The notes beneath the pieces are model-generated. The model was not told where the DNA came from and ran no database searches. It saw nothing but the letters and a program-made list of their open reading frames with translations. From contig JAQGDQ010000882.1 of the NCBI GenBank assembly GCA_030141605.1, positions 1 to 64,000 on the forward strand: a DNA stretch of 64,000 bases, in the 5' to 3' direction. Both the position numbers and the translations under genes were made by a program. Positions 42,034 through 54,535 of this stretch are shown here, one piece after another. The stretch's first letter is position 1, and every line of letters begins with the position of its first letter. This stretch comes from Tubiluchus corallicola. Its lineage: Eukaryota > Animalia > Priapulida.

Positions 42034-45000
42034 GTCTCTCTCAGCGGTCTGCTTCGCCTTATATTGGGTGCCAGGGAACATTGTAGACGTTTCTTTCTAG
42101 AAATTCTACAAGGTAAGACGATTATTCTAATGGAACATTCTACAATGTTCTATTTAATTCTAATAGATGCCAGCGATCTCCACAACAGTTTGCTTCAACT
42201 CTACGACGAATTTGAAAATGAAGCGAAATAAGAAATTAGGCAACAGTAGCTGTCGTGCTTGAATAATGTATGAAATGTTTATAATGTATGAAAACAAACA
42301 GAATAAAAATGAAGCAATAATGTATGAAGCAAACAAAATAAGAATGATGAAATTGAATTGATTTTACTCTTACGCAAACTACTAATTTTGTAGATATAGA
42401 TATATATACCGGGTTTCGCATAACTATAACAAAGCCTAGCTACATTAGCAAATTTAGCAAACATGGTAACCATGTCCTGTTTAAAAATTGTACAGTAATT
42501 TCAGGGTTTTAAGAAGATTTCTTCTCTTGTTTTTTTATGTGGTTGTTTTTATAGCTGATTGAAATCTAGAAGAATTTGTCTATTGCATATTTGAAGTTTC
42601 TATTTGTATAGTTTACTTTTTGCTAATAGAAGGCACCAGTTCATTTGATTGTATAGTAGTGAGAATGTTTTGTTTCTACACCTTTACAGTTCTTTGACTT
42701 TTGATTGTGTAGTAGTGACAATGTTTTGTTTCTACACCTTTACAGTTCTTTGACTTTTGATTGTATAGTAGTGAGAATGTTTTGTTTCTACACCTTTACA
42801 GTTCTTTGACTTTTGATTGTATAGTAGTGAGAATGTTTTGTTTCTACACCTTTACAGTTCATTGACTTTTGATTGTATAGTAGTGAGAATGTTTTGTTTC
42901 TATATCTTATAGTTTTTGACTTTTGATTGTATAGTAGTGACCATGTTTTGTTTCTATACCTTACCATTTTTTACTTTTGATTGTATAGTAGTGAGAATGT
43001 TTTGTTTCTCTACTTTACAGTTTTTTGACTTTTGATTTTATAGTAGTAGCAATGTTTTGTTTCTATACCTTACAGTTTTTTACTTTTGATTGTATAGTAG
43101 TGGTAATGTTTTGTTTCTACACCTTACAGTTTTTTGACTTTTGATTTTATAGTAGTGAGAATGTTTTATTTCTGTACCTTGGCAGTAATAATGTTCTGTT
43201 TTTATACCATGCAGTTTTTTGAATTTGATACAGATCAGCTGATTGGTCAAGTGACAGATTCCCTAGAGAAGGCCGGAGTAAAGTACACGGCTTTCTATAC
43301 TGGAGTCCAGAATTCGAGACTCGATCGGGTGTGTTTCTTGTTTCTTTCTATTTTTTAATTATTTAAATTTTTTTATTGGCGTAGGAATGCACCAAATATT
43401 CGCATCACCGAATTTTTTCCCCGAATATCAGTATGAAAATTCAGCCGTGTAAACTTCAGTTGTAATCAGTAAAGGTTTGGCGAACCTAGTGTATAATTTT
43501 CTGTTAATCTTATAAAAATTTAGACGAAGAAAACTGATAGTAAATAGCAAACGCGATACAACGGCCGCCATTTTGTTTTTACTAAGAAAACTGATAGTAA
43601 ATAGCACACACAACACAACAGCCGCCATTTTGTTTTTACTAAGAAAACTGATAGTAAATAGCAAATGCAACACAACGGCCGCCATTTTGTTTTTACTAAG
43701 AAAACTGATAGTAAATAGCAAACACAACACAACAGCTGCCATTTTGTTTTTACTAAGAAAACTGATAGTAAATAGCACACAGAACACAACGGCCGCCATT
43801 TTGTTTTTACTAAGAAAACTGATAGTAAATAGCAAACACGACACAACAGCCGCCATTTTGTTTTTACTAAGAAAACTGATAGTAAATAGCACACACGACA
43901 CAACAGCCGCCATTTTGTTTTTACTAAGAAAACTGATAGTAAATAGCAAACACGACACAACAGCCGCCATTTTGTTTTTACTAAGAAAACTGATAGTAAA
44001 TAGCCAGCATGACACAACAGCCGCCATTTTGTTTTTACTAAGAAAACTGATAGTAAATAGCAAACACGACACAACAGCCACCATTTTGTTTTTTGCTTCT
44101 GAATGATAACTTAAAGAATGCGATGCATCATCGGTACGCTCATCGTGTCAATGCGCAGTGGCGTTGCTCATATATGACGAAATAAATCCATGAGAGTTTT
44201 GAAAACCCGAACTAGAAAACGATTATACAATTGTAATTTTACTTAAGTACTGTTTTTATTCATCGTACGAAATAGTTTAAACAGCTTTTGAAAGAATTAG
44301 GGCTGCTTTTAAGATGCTTAATACTTTACTACATAAACTGAGCATTAAATACAAACAAAGAAATCAAATCAGAACAATTCTGCGAAGTCGGGGATGAGAA
44401 TTTTTCGCGGATACACGGAATTCCGAGTTTTTGGAAGACCAGTAGTGCCATTTTTGTAAATCACGTAAATTCGTTGAGAAAATTTTTACGGACCCAGCAC
44501 ATTATTTCACAAGCTGACCGCTAGTTGGCAGGCCGTCACTTTGTTTACATCACGTACATCAGTGCAACCACGTGTTTATCTCTATGTATAAAAATATAGA
44601 ATCAATTGTGCGGAGTTATTTGAGTCAATTACAGACAGTTTTTATATACTTTTGCATAGGAGCGGCCGGTACTTAGGCGCTTTTGAGACAATTAGGTATC
44701 ATGTATCCTTGATAGTTGGATATTTTAAATTATGCATGAAACAAGGTAACTGATATTTTAAGTCCACTTAGAGGTCCTTTATGGTCACAAAATTGCAATT
44801 TGTTGCTGGCTTCAAGGGGCCTCCCAACCCCCGGCCTGTTTCAGAGTTTTTTGCGATTTGTCATTCTCACCCATCACCACTAATAGAGTTTTTAAATCCT
44901 TTCAGTTGGAATTCTAACAAAATTCGTTTCAATTTCCACAAAAAATTGGTTTGGCTTCTGTCCCGTCTTCCAATTTAACTTGATGTTTTCGTTTCGGCAG

Positions 45001-48000
45001 CCCCAGCCGATCAGGTGGTTCCTAAGCGTAAAAAATTTGGCTTTAGTTCGATTGATGAAAATGTGCACTCTTAAATTGGGAGATCAATTTCTCGCTTTAG
45101 CCGTTACTGCTAAAGTACTTCTACGTTTTGCCAATAGGTGGAGCAGCTGCAGCACAAGATTCGAGTCGCTCGGCAGTTGTTGCAAACGGAAGACGAAGAC
45201 GATCCAATTTTAATAAAAGACACGTGTTTACTGTTCTACACGACTCAAGTGAAGCTACAGCTGATACCTGCCGTAGCGAACTCGACTTACGAACTGCCCA
45301 ATGATAAAGCTGAACAGAGTTCTAGCTGTGGTGGAGAAAATGGTACACGTAACAGGTACGAAAACCGAAAACAAAGCGAACAGCTCGTTCGGAGCACTAA
45401 CTTTTATTGTGATATCTGTGGAAGTTGGAATTGTACATTGTAGTTAGGTGCTGCCATCTATGTGCTAATCCTGTTACATTCTACCAGCTGACTTACCTTC
45501 TGTGTAATTGTATGGTCCAGTGAATGCATACACACTGGTCCTCTCCTTATCTAAAGTTAATGGTTGTTGTGAAGCCTGTGCAACTCTGCATAGGTCAAGT
45601 TCTATACCTGTATACTGACTGTGAAACAGGTTTTACTGACTGTTTTTTTGCTTTCTAGTTTTTGCTCAATGTTCAGTGCAGCAGTTTTGCTACTCATGTT
45701 TTCTGTAGTTCAATAAACACTTTTCTGCTGTGTGCAGTGCAAATATTTATTAGAGATTTTTGGTTCCTATCCATACTTCTCTGTGCCTAAACTCAATCAT
45801 AACAAAGAGACTGAACAACAACTTCAAAAATGACTTTCACAATATCAAATCAGTTAGCTTTACTAGACTAAAGTGTCGCCATCTATTGTTAAAATTCAAA
45901 TATGAATGTGACATCTTTGATTTCAAATCTAATTGGATTTGATTCTCTCATGTCAATGATTCTATGTGTCAGCGGAAACACGAATTTTGCCAATACACTC
46001 GTATCTCGGTTTGCCGGGGACATCACTTTTACGAATATCGGAAAATTCAGAGGAAATCTGAGCCGTGCAAAAGTCCCGCATACTACGGACGCAGTCTGTT
46101 GTTTCGCGAGCTGACCGCTAGTTGTCGGGCCGTCAGTTTGTTTACAGCCGACAAGCAGGTGGCGACACGTGTGCTGCTTGTATGTCAGCGTATTTAGTGC
46201 TTTAATCAATGTGAGCGGTTTAGAGTCAATTATGCGGAGTTATCTGAGTCATTTGCTGACAGTTTTTATATATTTTTGCTTAGAAGCGGTTTTAGAGACA
46301 ATTAGGCAATTGATTCTGCATTACCATGAGTGTAATACATTGTGCCTATTATATTACCTTAATATCAGGTAACACGGACGCAGGGTAAATTCGGACCGAC
46401 GTCTCCCTGGTTTTGTCCGGCAAACCAAGATATAAGTGTAGCTCATTCTTGAAAGTTGAATGACGAAAGGCTAACCACTTTAAGGTTTCTTGAGATGTCT
46501 TTAAAAAGTGACAAACTTGACCAGAACTGTGCTTCTAGTTTATTAGTTGCAATTTTCCGTGCGTTACAAAATTTTGTGCGTTACAAAATTTTCCGTGCGT
46601 TACCAAATTTTCCGTGCGTTACAAAATTTTCCGTGCGTTACAAAATTTTCCATGCGTTACAAAATTTTCCATGCGTTACAAAATTTTCCGTGCGTTACAA
46701 AATTTTCCATGCGTTACAAAATTTTCCGTGCATTACAAAATTTTCCGTGCGTTACAAAATTTTCCATGCATTACAAAATTTTCCATGCATTACAAAATTT
46801 TCCATGCATTACAAAATTTTCCATGCATTAGAAAATTTTCCGTGCGTTACAAAATTTTCCATGCATTACAAAATGGAAATTTATTTGAAATTGAATTGTC
46901 AAAAAGAAAATGCGTGTTCAAATTTGAACTTCTGATAAAATTGACCGCATAAGTTTCATTAAGTATTTATGAATGGCAATAGTCTCGTTGAGTAATGTTT
47001 GAAGTTTGTAATATTGAAAGGAAATAAAATATTTATCTATCTAAAAATTTCGCCATTTATCGAGCGTAACTTTCATTTACTTCCGTTGTCTTTAATTACT
47101 TCTTTCTCTTTTTCAGCATTCAGTTGACGTACAAGAATGTGGGCAAGATTGAGAAACTTGTGTTTAAACTCAGCGCCGTGAAGTCAGTCGCCGACTATGG
47201 CTGGTGGAGCGTTTCCAGCGCCACAGTTGCCATCACGGGAAAACTGGGTGAGTCTTCGTTTTAATCTTCTAACTTAATATTGGAATTTATGTCGCTTCAG
47301 AACGGATTTACTCTGGATGTAGTTCGGTCAGAGATTAGGTTTGGTTATATACGTATCGTTCTCCATAACAGTTCTTGTCTGTGTCCACATTGCAGGGGTG
47401 TATTAACCATTAGACTGACTAGACTATAGACCAGAGCGCCAGGCGTCACATTTTAGGAAAAAATCGTATTCTCCTTCGAAAATGTGTAAAATTTCATCTT
47501 CATGTAAAAGGTGCATTTTATAACACGCCACAGGCATTTACTGAATGCAGCTTTTATATAAGTGCCACATAACGAACAGGTGCAAAGTATTATACAGCAA
47601 GCAGTTGCTCAGCCTGCTTGTATGTAAATGCTATATGCAAATACATGTAATTAATAAAGACCGCATAGAAACTAGGTTAATAGTGTTTCTAATACACCAC
47701 AAGTAATTGTTTAATCTGCTCATTACATAAACAACCATAAATTCATACTAGAGATGGGCGGGGCAGAACTATCAATCTAGGGTGTCATAAAGTGTTGATA
47801 CGCCCCTGCCGCAGGGTCATTAAGTCAGGTAAGGCTGGAGACAAGAGACAAAACGTTAAGTTAATAATCTACATTCAGCTGGTACTTGATGAATTCGATG
47901 AGATTTTTCAAAATTTGTTTGAGAAATTCGGCAGACAGTGGCTAAAGCAATAATTTCTACATGCAAAAAAACAGGTAAACAGATGCAAATCGAACAACGA

Positions 48001-50312
48001 TTAGTTTTGATCATAGTATTCATGTAAAATATGTAACGAATATTTTTTAATTTGTACATGCTTTTAGAATAATAATATTAATGCTAAGAATGGTCTCATG
48101 TCGTGATGGAGCATGAGGATTGATGGTTACAGCATTTGTTAGGGCAGGTAGCTAACCCTCAGCTGTCTTTCTTCCTCCGTCAAATTAAACTAGTTTATTA
48201 AGCGAGAATTCTACAACACAAAAGTATGAAGGAACGCGAAATGTTTACAGTAAACGTGAAAATCTGGAAAACGTTTGAGTGTATCTGAAAATACAAGTAT
48301 ACAAGAGAATGTGTAAGTGGCGTCCGTGTGAATCTGCACGTGTCTGTCAGCAGCCTGCTTCGCCTTATATAGGGTGCCAGGGAACATTCTAGACGTTTCT
48401 TTCTAGAACATTCTACAAGGTAAGATGATTATTCTAACGGAACATTCTACAATGTTCTATTTAATTCTAATAGATGCCAGCAATCTCCACAACACTAAGT
48501 GATCAGGCAACAACGCTGAGTAGGCTTGAAAACTCCGACGTGAGTTGGATTCGAACCGACAACCTCCGCGTCAACACTTTTTCCGTAACCGCTAAGTGAG
48601 GTGGCCTTCCGTAACCTGTTTTGTGCAGGCATTATTGCATTTTTTGCTTTTTAGGACCGAATACAACGTTTGACGGCGGGGAGAGGAAACTTGTTTCAAC
48701 CAGTTGGACATCACCGCTTGGCTATTCGTACCACTGTAGCGACGACATGCTGAATCAAGATCGAAACCAACAAACAAACGCCACATTTACAAACGAAGTT
48801 GCGATAAAGTTTGAAGGATTACAGGTAGAGAATGAATTCCTGTGAAGGAGTAATCCTTTACTGGATGGCAGTTTTAGTATCGTGTACCATTTCTAATATT
48901 GCAAACTGGCAATTTAAAGGAAAGATCAAGCTTTCTGGGACGTTAGGCTTATTTCGTTGTTTGCAAAAGTGCCTGAAAAATTTAGTAATAAAAGTGTGAT
49001 ACCCGCTTAGTAAAATCACTTTGAAGTGACGGCTCCCATTTTGAATGCCCATTCGTCCACCAATGACATCATTCGTCAGCTGAAGAACAACAGTGATTTG
49101 TTAATTTCCGTCAAAAGTATGAAGTTTTTACAAATAATTAGACGAGTAATTTAGTGATAATTTTTCCATGAACATTAGGTAAGCTGCAAATGTTTCACTT
49201 AGTCTAAACGACACGCACTTACTGAAAGCCGTTCACTTGCATAAACGATATCGTATATATTAATTTCGCTGGTATATATATATATATAAGATTTGAGGCT
49301 ACAGCTCCGACGACGGCACCATTAGCGGCGATCTATACATCAAACGAAAGATCTCGATCAAGTGTCGTGCCATTGGGGGTTTATTTTTCGAATCTGATGT
49401 GATGAAAGATAACGTGATGAATTATCAAGTTTTTTGATACAGAACATGATAACGTGATGAATTATCAAGTTTTTCTTAAAACTACCAGTGATGAATCAAT
49501 TCTCGCTGGGCTCAGTAACAATGTAATTTTTTAAAACTGCGCTACTGGGTGTTGCAAAAAAAACTGTGACGATCAAGTGTCGTGCCATTGGGGGTTTATT
49601 TTTCGAATCTGGCCCACCGGGAGGACCGGGAGACGTAAAACCTCCAAAAATGATCGATGACAAATTTTTTTTGGCCGTTTTTTGCAAAAGTTATATGTCT
49701 GAGATCTGGAGAACGGGAATGGGCTGGGGGCGGCGCCCGCCATAGATAGATAGCCCGTTCAGCGGTTGGCGTATATAGAATTCGCGAGAGGGCCACGGCA
49801 TTTTTGAAATTTTGACCAAACAGCCTGCGGAAAAAACGTTATAGCAGCGCCTGGTGGGACTCTCTGAAGGAGATATATAGCTCTTTAGAAAGCTGAAGAA
49901 CAGGGCTACACGATGATGTGAGCTATATTTTAGGACAGGTCCACCAAGAGGAGTGCCAATGAGTTAATTAGATGTTCTATTCTTGGCAGTTTTCGCTTGG
50001 AAAACTGCTGACGCAAAGCCATTGTTCTGACGTCATCCATTATACTCTGCCTATAATCTTATAACTTTAATTCACTAAAGCTGCTACTGGCTTTGCGTTT
50101 TAAATGAGGACTATGCAGGATGTTTGCGTATTATTGATTATAAGTGGATTTATAAGCAAAATTTTTTGCAGGGCCTTTTCTAGTCTATATATTAATTCTC
50201 TTGGTATGGGCTTAATATATAAGATTCGAGGCTACAGCTCCAACGACGGCACCATTTGCGGCGATCTATATATGAAACGAAAGGTCTCGATCTAGTGTCT
50301 TGCCATTGGGGG

Positions 50313-50354
<42 letters not shown>

Positions 50355-50617
50355 GTATGATTTTGCAAGAAGTATGTTCTTTTTATTTCCAGATGCAGTT
50401 TTTCATGAGCTCTGGCAGTAACAGCACCATGAAGTTTGGACCGCCTGACGATTGCGTCGGTTTCTTCACCATAGCTATATGGATGGGCATCTTCACCACT
50501 TTGATCATAATCACCATTCTGTCATTTGGCATATTCGTGTTAATGTCCATCAAGACAATGGACAGGTTTGACGATCCCAAAGGCAAGACGATAACGGTTC
50601 CGGCAACGGAGGGATAG
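29601..50617 (+). CDS. ATP6AP1: V-type proton ATPase accessory subunit S1 / Ac45, ~453 aa; exons 29601-29704, 38716-38839, 39678-39755, 41257-41473, 43234-43328, 45138-45355, 47117-47247, 48655-48824, 50393-50617
   Basis: Signal peptide MASVILVKVVCLAVFSVG, PVAIWGS, FFVQDVLSIEDITKYG, NDQLIGQV..YTAFYTG, furin-type RVARQLLQ, GYSYHCS, DCVGFFTIAIWMG TM helix, MDRFDDPKGKTI tail. All junctions GT-AG and in phase (1362 nt total). Confidence 0.93.
31409..32012. repeat. Two consecutive ~150-bp direct duplications upstream of STX18
   Basis: 31409-31549 repeats at 31558-31699; 31726-31862 repeats at 31878-32012. Confidence 0.85.
32036..33028 (+). CDS. STX18: Syntaxin-18 (ER Qa-SNARE), intronless, nested in ATP6AP1 intron 1
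   Basis: [119 protein letters not shown] overlapping the stop. Confidence 0.95.
   Translation: [330 protein letters not shown]
33414..33699 (-). mobile_element. Interspersed repeat (SINE or RTE-type 5' region), copy 2
   Basis: Reverse complement of 4461-4725. Confidence 0.6.
36822..37310. mobile_element. MITE (CAGGCTGCATAAGATTATGG TIR), copy 1
   Basis: caggctgcataagattatggata...tatccataatcttatgcaccctg; related copy 54948-55507. Confidence 0.8.
37715..38290. repeat. 41-bp minisatellite, ~14 copies
   Basis: tgtatgtactgtttatgtgtaaatatgttatgtatgtaaaa repeated. Confidence 0.95.
38335..38636. repeat. (TTG/CTG)n trinucleotide microsatellite
   Basis: Direct inspection; produces poly-Cys/Leu/Val pseudo-ORFs. 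Confidence 0.95.
39027..39657. repeat. 22-bp minisatellite ending just before the ATP6AP1 exon 3 acceptor
   Basis: tactgcttgaataagtggtca(a/g) repeated ~28 times. Confidence 0.95.
39805..40922. repeat. Diverged ~480-bp direct duplication
   Basis: ~39805-40300 resembles ~40448-40922 (shared gtaagctggtgtctgctgggcagcgtgaatg and gccagcacgtagtagg). Confidence 0.75.
41652..42186. mobile_element. Non-autonomous repeat with internal (CT)n expansion, possibly Helitron-derived; copy 1
   Basis: Matches 48184-48493, which lacks the (CT)n tract at 41835-42042. One end reads CTAG|T on the minus strand. Confidence 0.7.
42644..43230. repeat. ~56-bp minisatellite abutting the ATP6AP1 exon 5 acceptor
   Basis: tttgattgtatagtagtgagaatgttttgtttctacacctttacagttctttgact, ~10 copies. 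Confidence 0.9.
43527..44094. repeat. 57-bp minisatellite, 10 copies, most with GCCGCCATTTTG
   Basis: aagaaaactgatagtaaatagcaaacacgacacaacagccgccattttgtttttact repeated. Confidence 0.95.
44390..44872. mobile_element. Non-autonomous DNA element (GGGATGAGA termini), copy 3, inverted
   Basis: Reverse complement of 18316-18832 and 20813-21255. Confidence 0.8.
45994..46440. mobile_element. MITE related to 14758-15696
   Basis: tacactcgtatctcggtttgccg...cggcaaaccaagatataagtgta termini. Confidence 0.7.
46551..46873. repeat. 19-bp minisatellite, ~17 copies
   Basis: ttacaaaattttccrtgcr repeated. Confidence 0.95.
48184..48493. mobile_element. Non-autonomous repeat, copy 2 (see 41652-42186)
   Basis: Near-identical to copy 1 without the (CT)n tract. 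Confidence 0.7.
48520..48610 (-). mobile_element. tRNA-derived SINE head fragment
   Basis: Minus-strand B-box GGTTCGAATCC with a degenerate A-box upstream; no intact cloverleaf. Confidence 0.5.
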
Positions 50618-50709
50618 CGCCGAGAGGGAGGATTGTCAGACGGGTTGATTAGTTGTTAATAATGTGTCAAATTATTTACTTAATGTTCCTGCATGGTAAT
50701 GATGTTGTA

Positions 50710-51882
50710 AGGTAAATGTGTGTGTAAAGGTAACTTATTATACACACATTATGCACACTATATGTGTATAATGTGTGTTTAAAGGTAACTTATTATACAT
50801 GCATTATGCACACTATATGTGTATAATGTGTGTTTAAAGGTAACTTATTATACATGCATTATGCACACTATATGTGTATAATGTGTTAAGGTAACTTATT
50901 ATACACGCATTATATATATGTGTATAATGTTAAAGGTAACATTATACATTATGCACACATATTATAATGTTTTAAAGGTAACTTATTATACACGCATTAT
51001 GCACACTATATGTGTATAATGTGTGCATAAAGGTAACTCATTATACACGCATTATGCACACTATATGTGTATAATGTGTGTTTAAAGGTAACTTATTATA
51101 CATGCATTATGCACACTATATGTGTATAATGTGTGTTTAAAGGTAACTTATTATACACGCATTATGCACACTATATGTGTATAATGTGTGTTTAAAGGTA
51201 ACTTATTATACACGCATTATGCACACTATATGTGTATAATGTGTGTTTAAAGGTAACTTATTATACATGCATTATGCACACTATATGTGTATAATGTGTG
51301 TTTAAAGGTAACTTATTATACACGCATTATGCACACTATATGTGTATAATGTGTGTTTAAAGGTAACTTATTATACATGCATTATGCACACTATATGTGT
51401 ATAATGTGTGTTTAAAGGTAACTTATTATACACGCATTATGCACACTATATGTGTATAATGTGTGTGTAAAGGTAACTTATTATACATGCATTATGCACA
51501 CTATATGTGTATAATGTGTGTTTAAAGGTAACTTATTATACATGCATTATGCACACTATATGTGTATAATGTGTGCATAAAGGTAACTTATTATACACGC
51601 ATTATGCACACTATATGTGTATAATGTGTGTTTAAAGGTAACTTATTATACATGCATTATGCACACTATATGTGTATAATGTGTGTTTAAAGGTAACTTA
51701 TTATACATGCATTATGCACACTATATGTGTATAATGTGTGTGTAAAGGTAACTTATTATACACGCATTATGCACACTATATGTGTATAATGTGTGCATAA
51801 AGGTAACTCATTATACACGCATTATGCACACTATATGTGTATAATGTGTGTGTAAAGGTAACTTATTATACACACTATATGT
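50710..51882 (+). repeat. 55-bp tandem hairpin repeat (~21 copies) just downstream of the ATP6AP1 stop
   Basis: Unit aaggtaacttattatacacgcattatgcacactatatgtgtataatgtgtgttta contains a 16-bp inverted repeat around a ctata loop. Confidence 0.95.
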
Positions 51883-53049
51883 TGCAGTTTAACTGACTGG
51901 CCATTGGCATAGTTGTGTCTAGTCTTTCGCTGGATTACCGCTGTGTTTACTGGTCTTGAGGGAAAATTTCATTTTAGAATTCTGTCGGCTCAATATCTAT
52001 AATGGATGTAACAGGCATTACGAAAGTGTAAACTTTTGCCATTGGTGTTTTATTCATACATAATTGTTTATCGAAGATATAGGTTAGCATAATTAGGTCA
52101 AATTAGGTAACAAATAATTGGATAGTTCAGCTGATTATAATAACTCATTCCGACAATGTTTGGAACAGCCATATTTTCTTTACTTTTGGTTGTATGAAGT
52201 AAAATGTATCGATTAGCACGGAGTAGTATCGCAAACGTTTGTACACTTAATACATTTTAAAAAGTATTTTATTAAAGATGGAGAATATTAGTTGTTTTCA
52301 GCTAAAATCATTTCTCAAGAGTCTAGCAATTTAAACGAGTAGAAGATGCTGTTATGCACAAGACTGTCTTTTCTTACCGCATCTTTTAAACTCTGAGTCA
52401 CTTTGCATTATTATGTTAAGCAAATTTCTTTTGAACTGTCTATCCGTTATTGCACTGTGAATTCCTTTAGTTTTCATGCCATTTTTGTAATCATGTGATG
52501 TGAATTTGTGTTGCATTTTGTACGTAGTTTGTTATTTTGGCTAAAGTTTACCATTCTCCCGCACACAAGGAATTTGTTTGTGAAGCTCATTAGGGTGAGG
52601 GTGAGGGACCATCCACACATATAACAATATCGAGTTTTCAGCCGATTTTGAGGACCCTACCTGTCTTGCGTTGTAACGGCATTATCACTGCCCCCTATTG
52701 ATTGACATGGATATCCCACCTATGTACCTTTCGTACACCTTCCTCCTCCTTCCAAGGACAGGTACCAGCATCACTTGTTGATTAACGGCAAAACCATCAG
52801 CGGATTCTAATTTCACTCCGCCGGGATCAGGGCCCTTGTAGGGTCGTCTGCTGCTGGCACGCACAGGTGTCATGAGTAAATCATGTCTGCTTGCCCTGCT
52901 GCGTGAATTCTGCAGCGTTACCATGTCTCCTATCACCAATCTCCTACCCTAAACTTGATATGTGGATAGTCAGTTAGGGTTAGGATTAGGGGTAGGGTTG
53001 GGGTTAGGGTATTTAAGTTGTGGGGATTGTTAAACTCCTTCCGTTATAT

Positions 53050-53549
53050 CAGAGGTGTGCAAATTGCGGCCCGCAGGCCACTTGCGGCCCGCCGAGAGAA
53101 TTTGTGCGGCCCGCAAAGAGATTTGTCAACCTAATGAAAGTGCGGCCCGGGCGATTAATTGAGTGTATCCTGCTGAAGTTCGTGCCACGATCCCAAAGAT
53201 AGTGCGGGTAGTTTTTTCTACTAGATCGGATGCCATTAACCCTTACAAGACGGTTGTTGCTTAATGTCACTGTACTACACAGACTGTGTGATACACATTA
53301 CTAATATGCATTGTTATGAAATTACCACTATCTGTCCTGAAAGTAGAAATATATGGTTTGTAATATAAATTTTAATAACTTCTAAAATAGTTTCTTGAGT
53401 GTAGTAGTAATGATGTACGCAGGTCGGATGCAAAAAAATCGTTATTAGGCCTTTCTGTACTTGGCTCCTTGATCAAACTGTCAGTGGCCTACAGGAATTG
53501 CGGGAAAGTTTAATGTGGCCCTGCTAGTCAGATAATTTGCACACCCCTG
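53050..53549. mobile_element. hAT-like MITE, copy 2
   Basis: TIRs cagaggtgtgcaaa / tttgcacacccctg; flanks cgttatat / ggttatat (7/8 TSD match). Confidence 0.85.
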
Positions 53550-53970
53550 GGTTATATTGTCATTTTGGCCTTGTGAATTCCATGTTTCAGTTGCTAGCTG
53601 TTTGTGTTGAACATTTCAGTCTTGTCAAAATAAACGTTATCAATTATGCTGATTTTGCCTTTTGGTCGTTTTTTGCGTCGTCAAAGTTAATAACATATTG
53701 ATTTTATTCGAGGTGATTTTATTCATACAACCAAGCAAAGAAGCCGGATTTAAAAAGAGATACCAAACACGTAAAAATCTATTTGTTTCAATCTTTTTTA
53801 TTGCTTCAGTATAATTTAGTATTAGCAGCACACATTCGCTATAAAGCTTACAACACCTAGATAAATGATAGACGTCATGCAAAATTGAATTATTTATTAT
53901 TTATTCAATTAATTATGAATTGACATTGTAACCCAGAATTCAGCAGTAACACAACACGGTCAATCTTAAA

Positions 53971-54535
53971 GATGTGTTCAAACCAGAGAGTTACTTTCCG
54001 ACAGTAATCGAGAGCTGTCGAGAGTAACTCACAAAGTAACTAGCTGATGTGTTCACACTAGGGGTGAGCATTCTCAACTAGAAAACGAATTCGAATCGAA
54101 TTTGTAACTTTCGAATTCGAACCGAGTTCGAAAGATTTTCGAACAAATAATATAAAGCGGTCTTACAAAGATTATGCATATTGATTGATTTTGTTCTGCA
54201 GTAAAACCACTAATAGTTTGTTAAAATTTTGCACAGAAACTGCGGCTAAATTGTGCTAGTAACTGCGCGCTATTTCAAACATTTTAACGATAAAGAACGT
54301 ATGTGGCCGAAGTGCTGAATTATTCGAATTTGTGATTTTAGGTTCGAATCGAATTCGAACTGAAAAAGCTCGTTTGAATTCGACGCGGACGTTCGATGCT
54401 CACCCCTAGTTCATACTAGATAACAGCTCGCGGCAACTGTCGAACTGTTTGCAAACTCTTGCCGACAGTAATTTGCAAGCAGTTCACACTTGCGAGTTTA
54501 CCGTCGGAGAGTAAACTTTCTAGTGTGAACGCACC
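53971..54535. mobile_element. MITE (GrTGyGTTCACACTAG-type termini) with a nested hAT-like MITE at 54059-54408
   Basis: Outer termini gatgtgttcaaaccag / ctagtgtgaacgcacc; inner taggggtgagca...tgctcaccccta with flanks gttcacac / gttcatac. Confidence 0.7.

Noticed and set aside
41743-42231. RE-rich and LS-rich ORFs
   Set aside because: Translations of a (CT)n microsatellite inside a repeat element.
43428-44106. Repetitive hydrophobic ORFs of 177-218 aa
   Set aside because: 57-bp minisatellite open in several frames on both strands; intronic.
46456-46952. Three overlapping repetitive ORFs
   Set aside because: 19-bp minisatellite giving the same peptide in all three frames.
48520-48610. tRNA gene
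   Set aside because: Only the T-loop/B-box is recognisable; no acceptor or anticodon stem, so it is treated as a SINE fragment.
52974-53010. Interstitial telomere (TTAGGG-like)
   Set aside because: Only ~6 degenerate units; such tracts are common within repeat elements.
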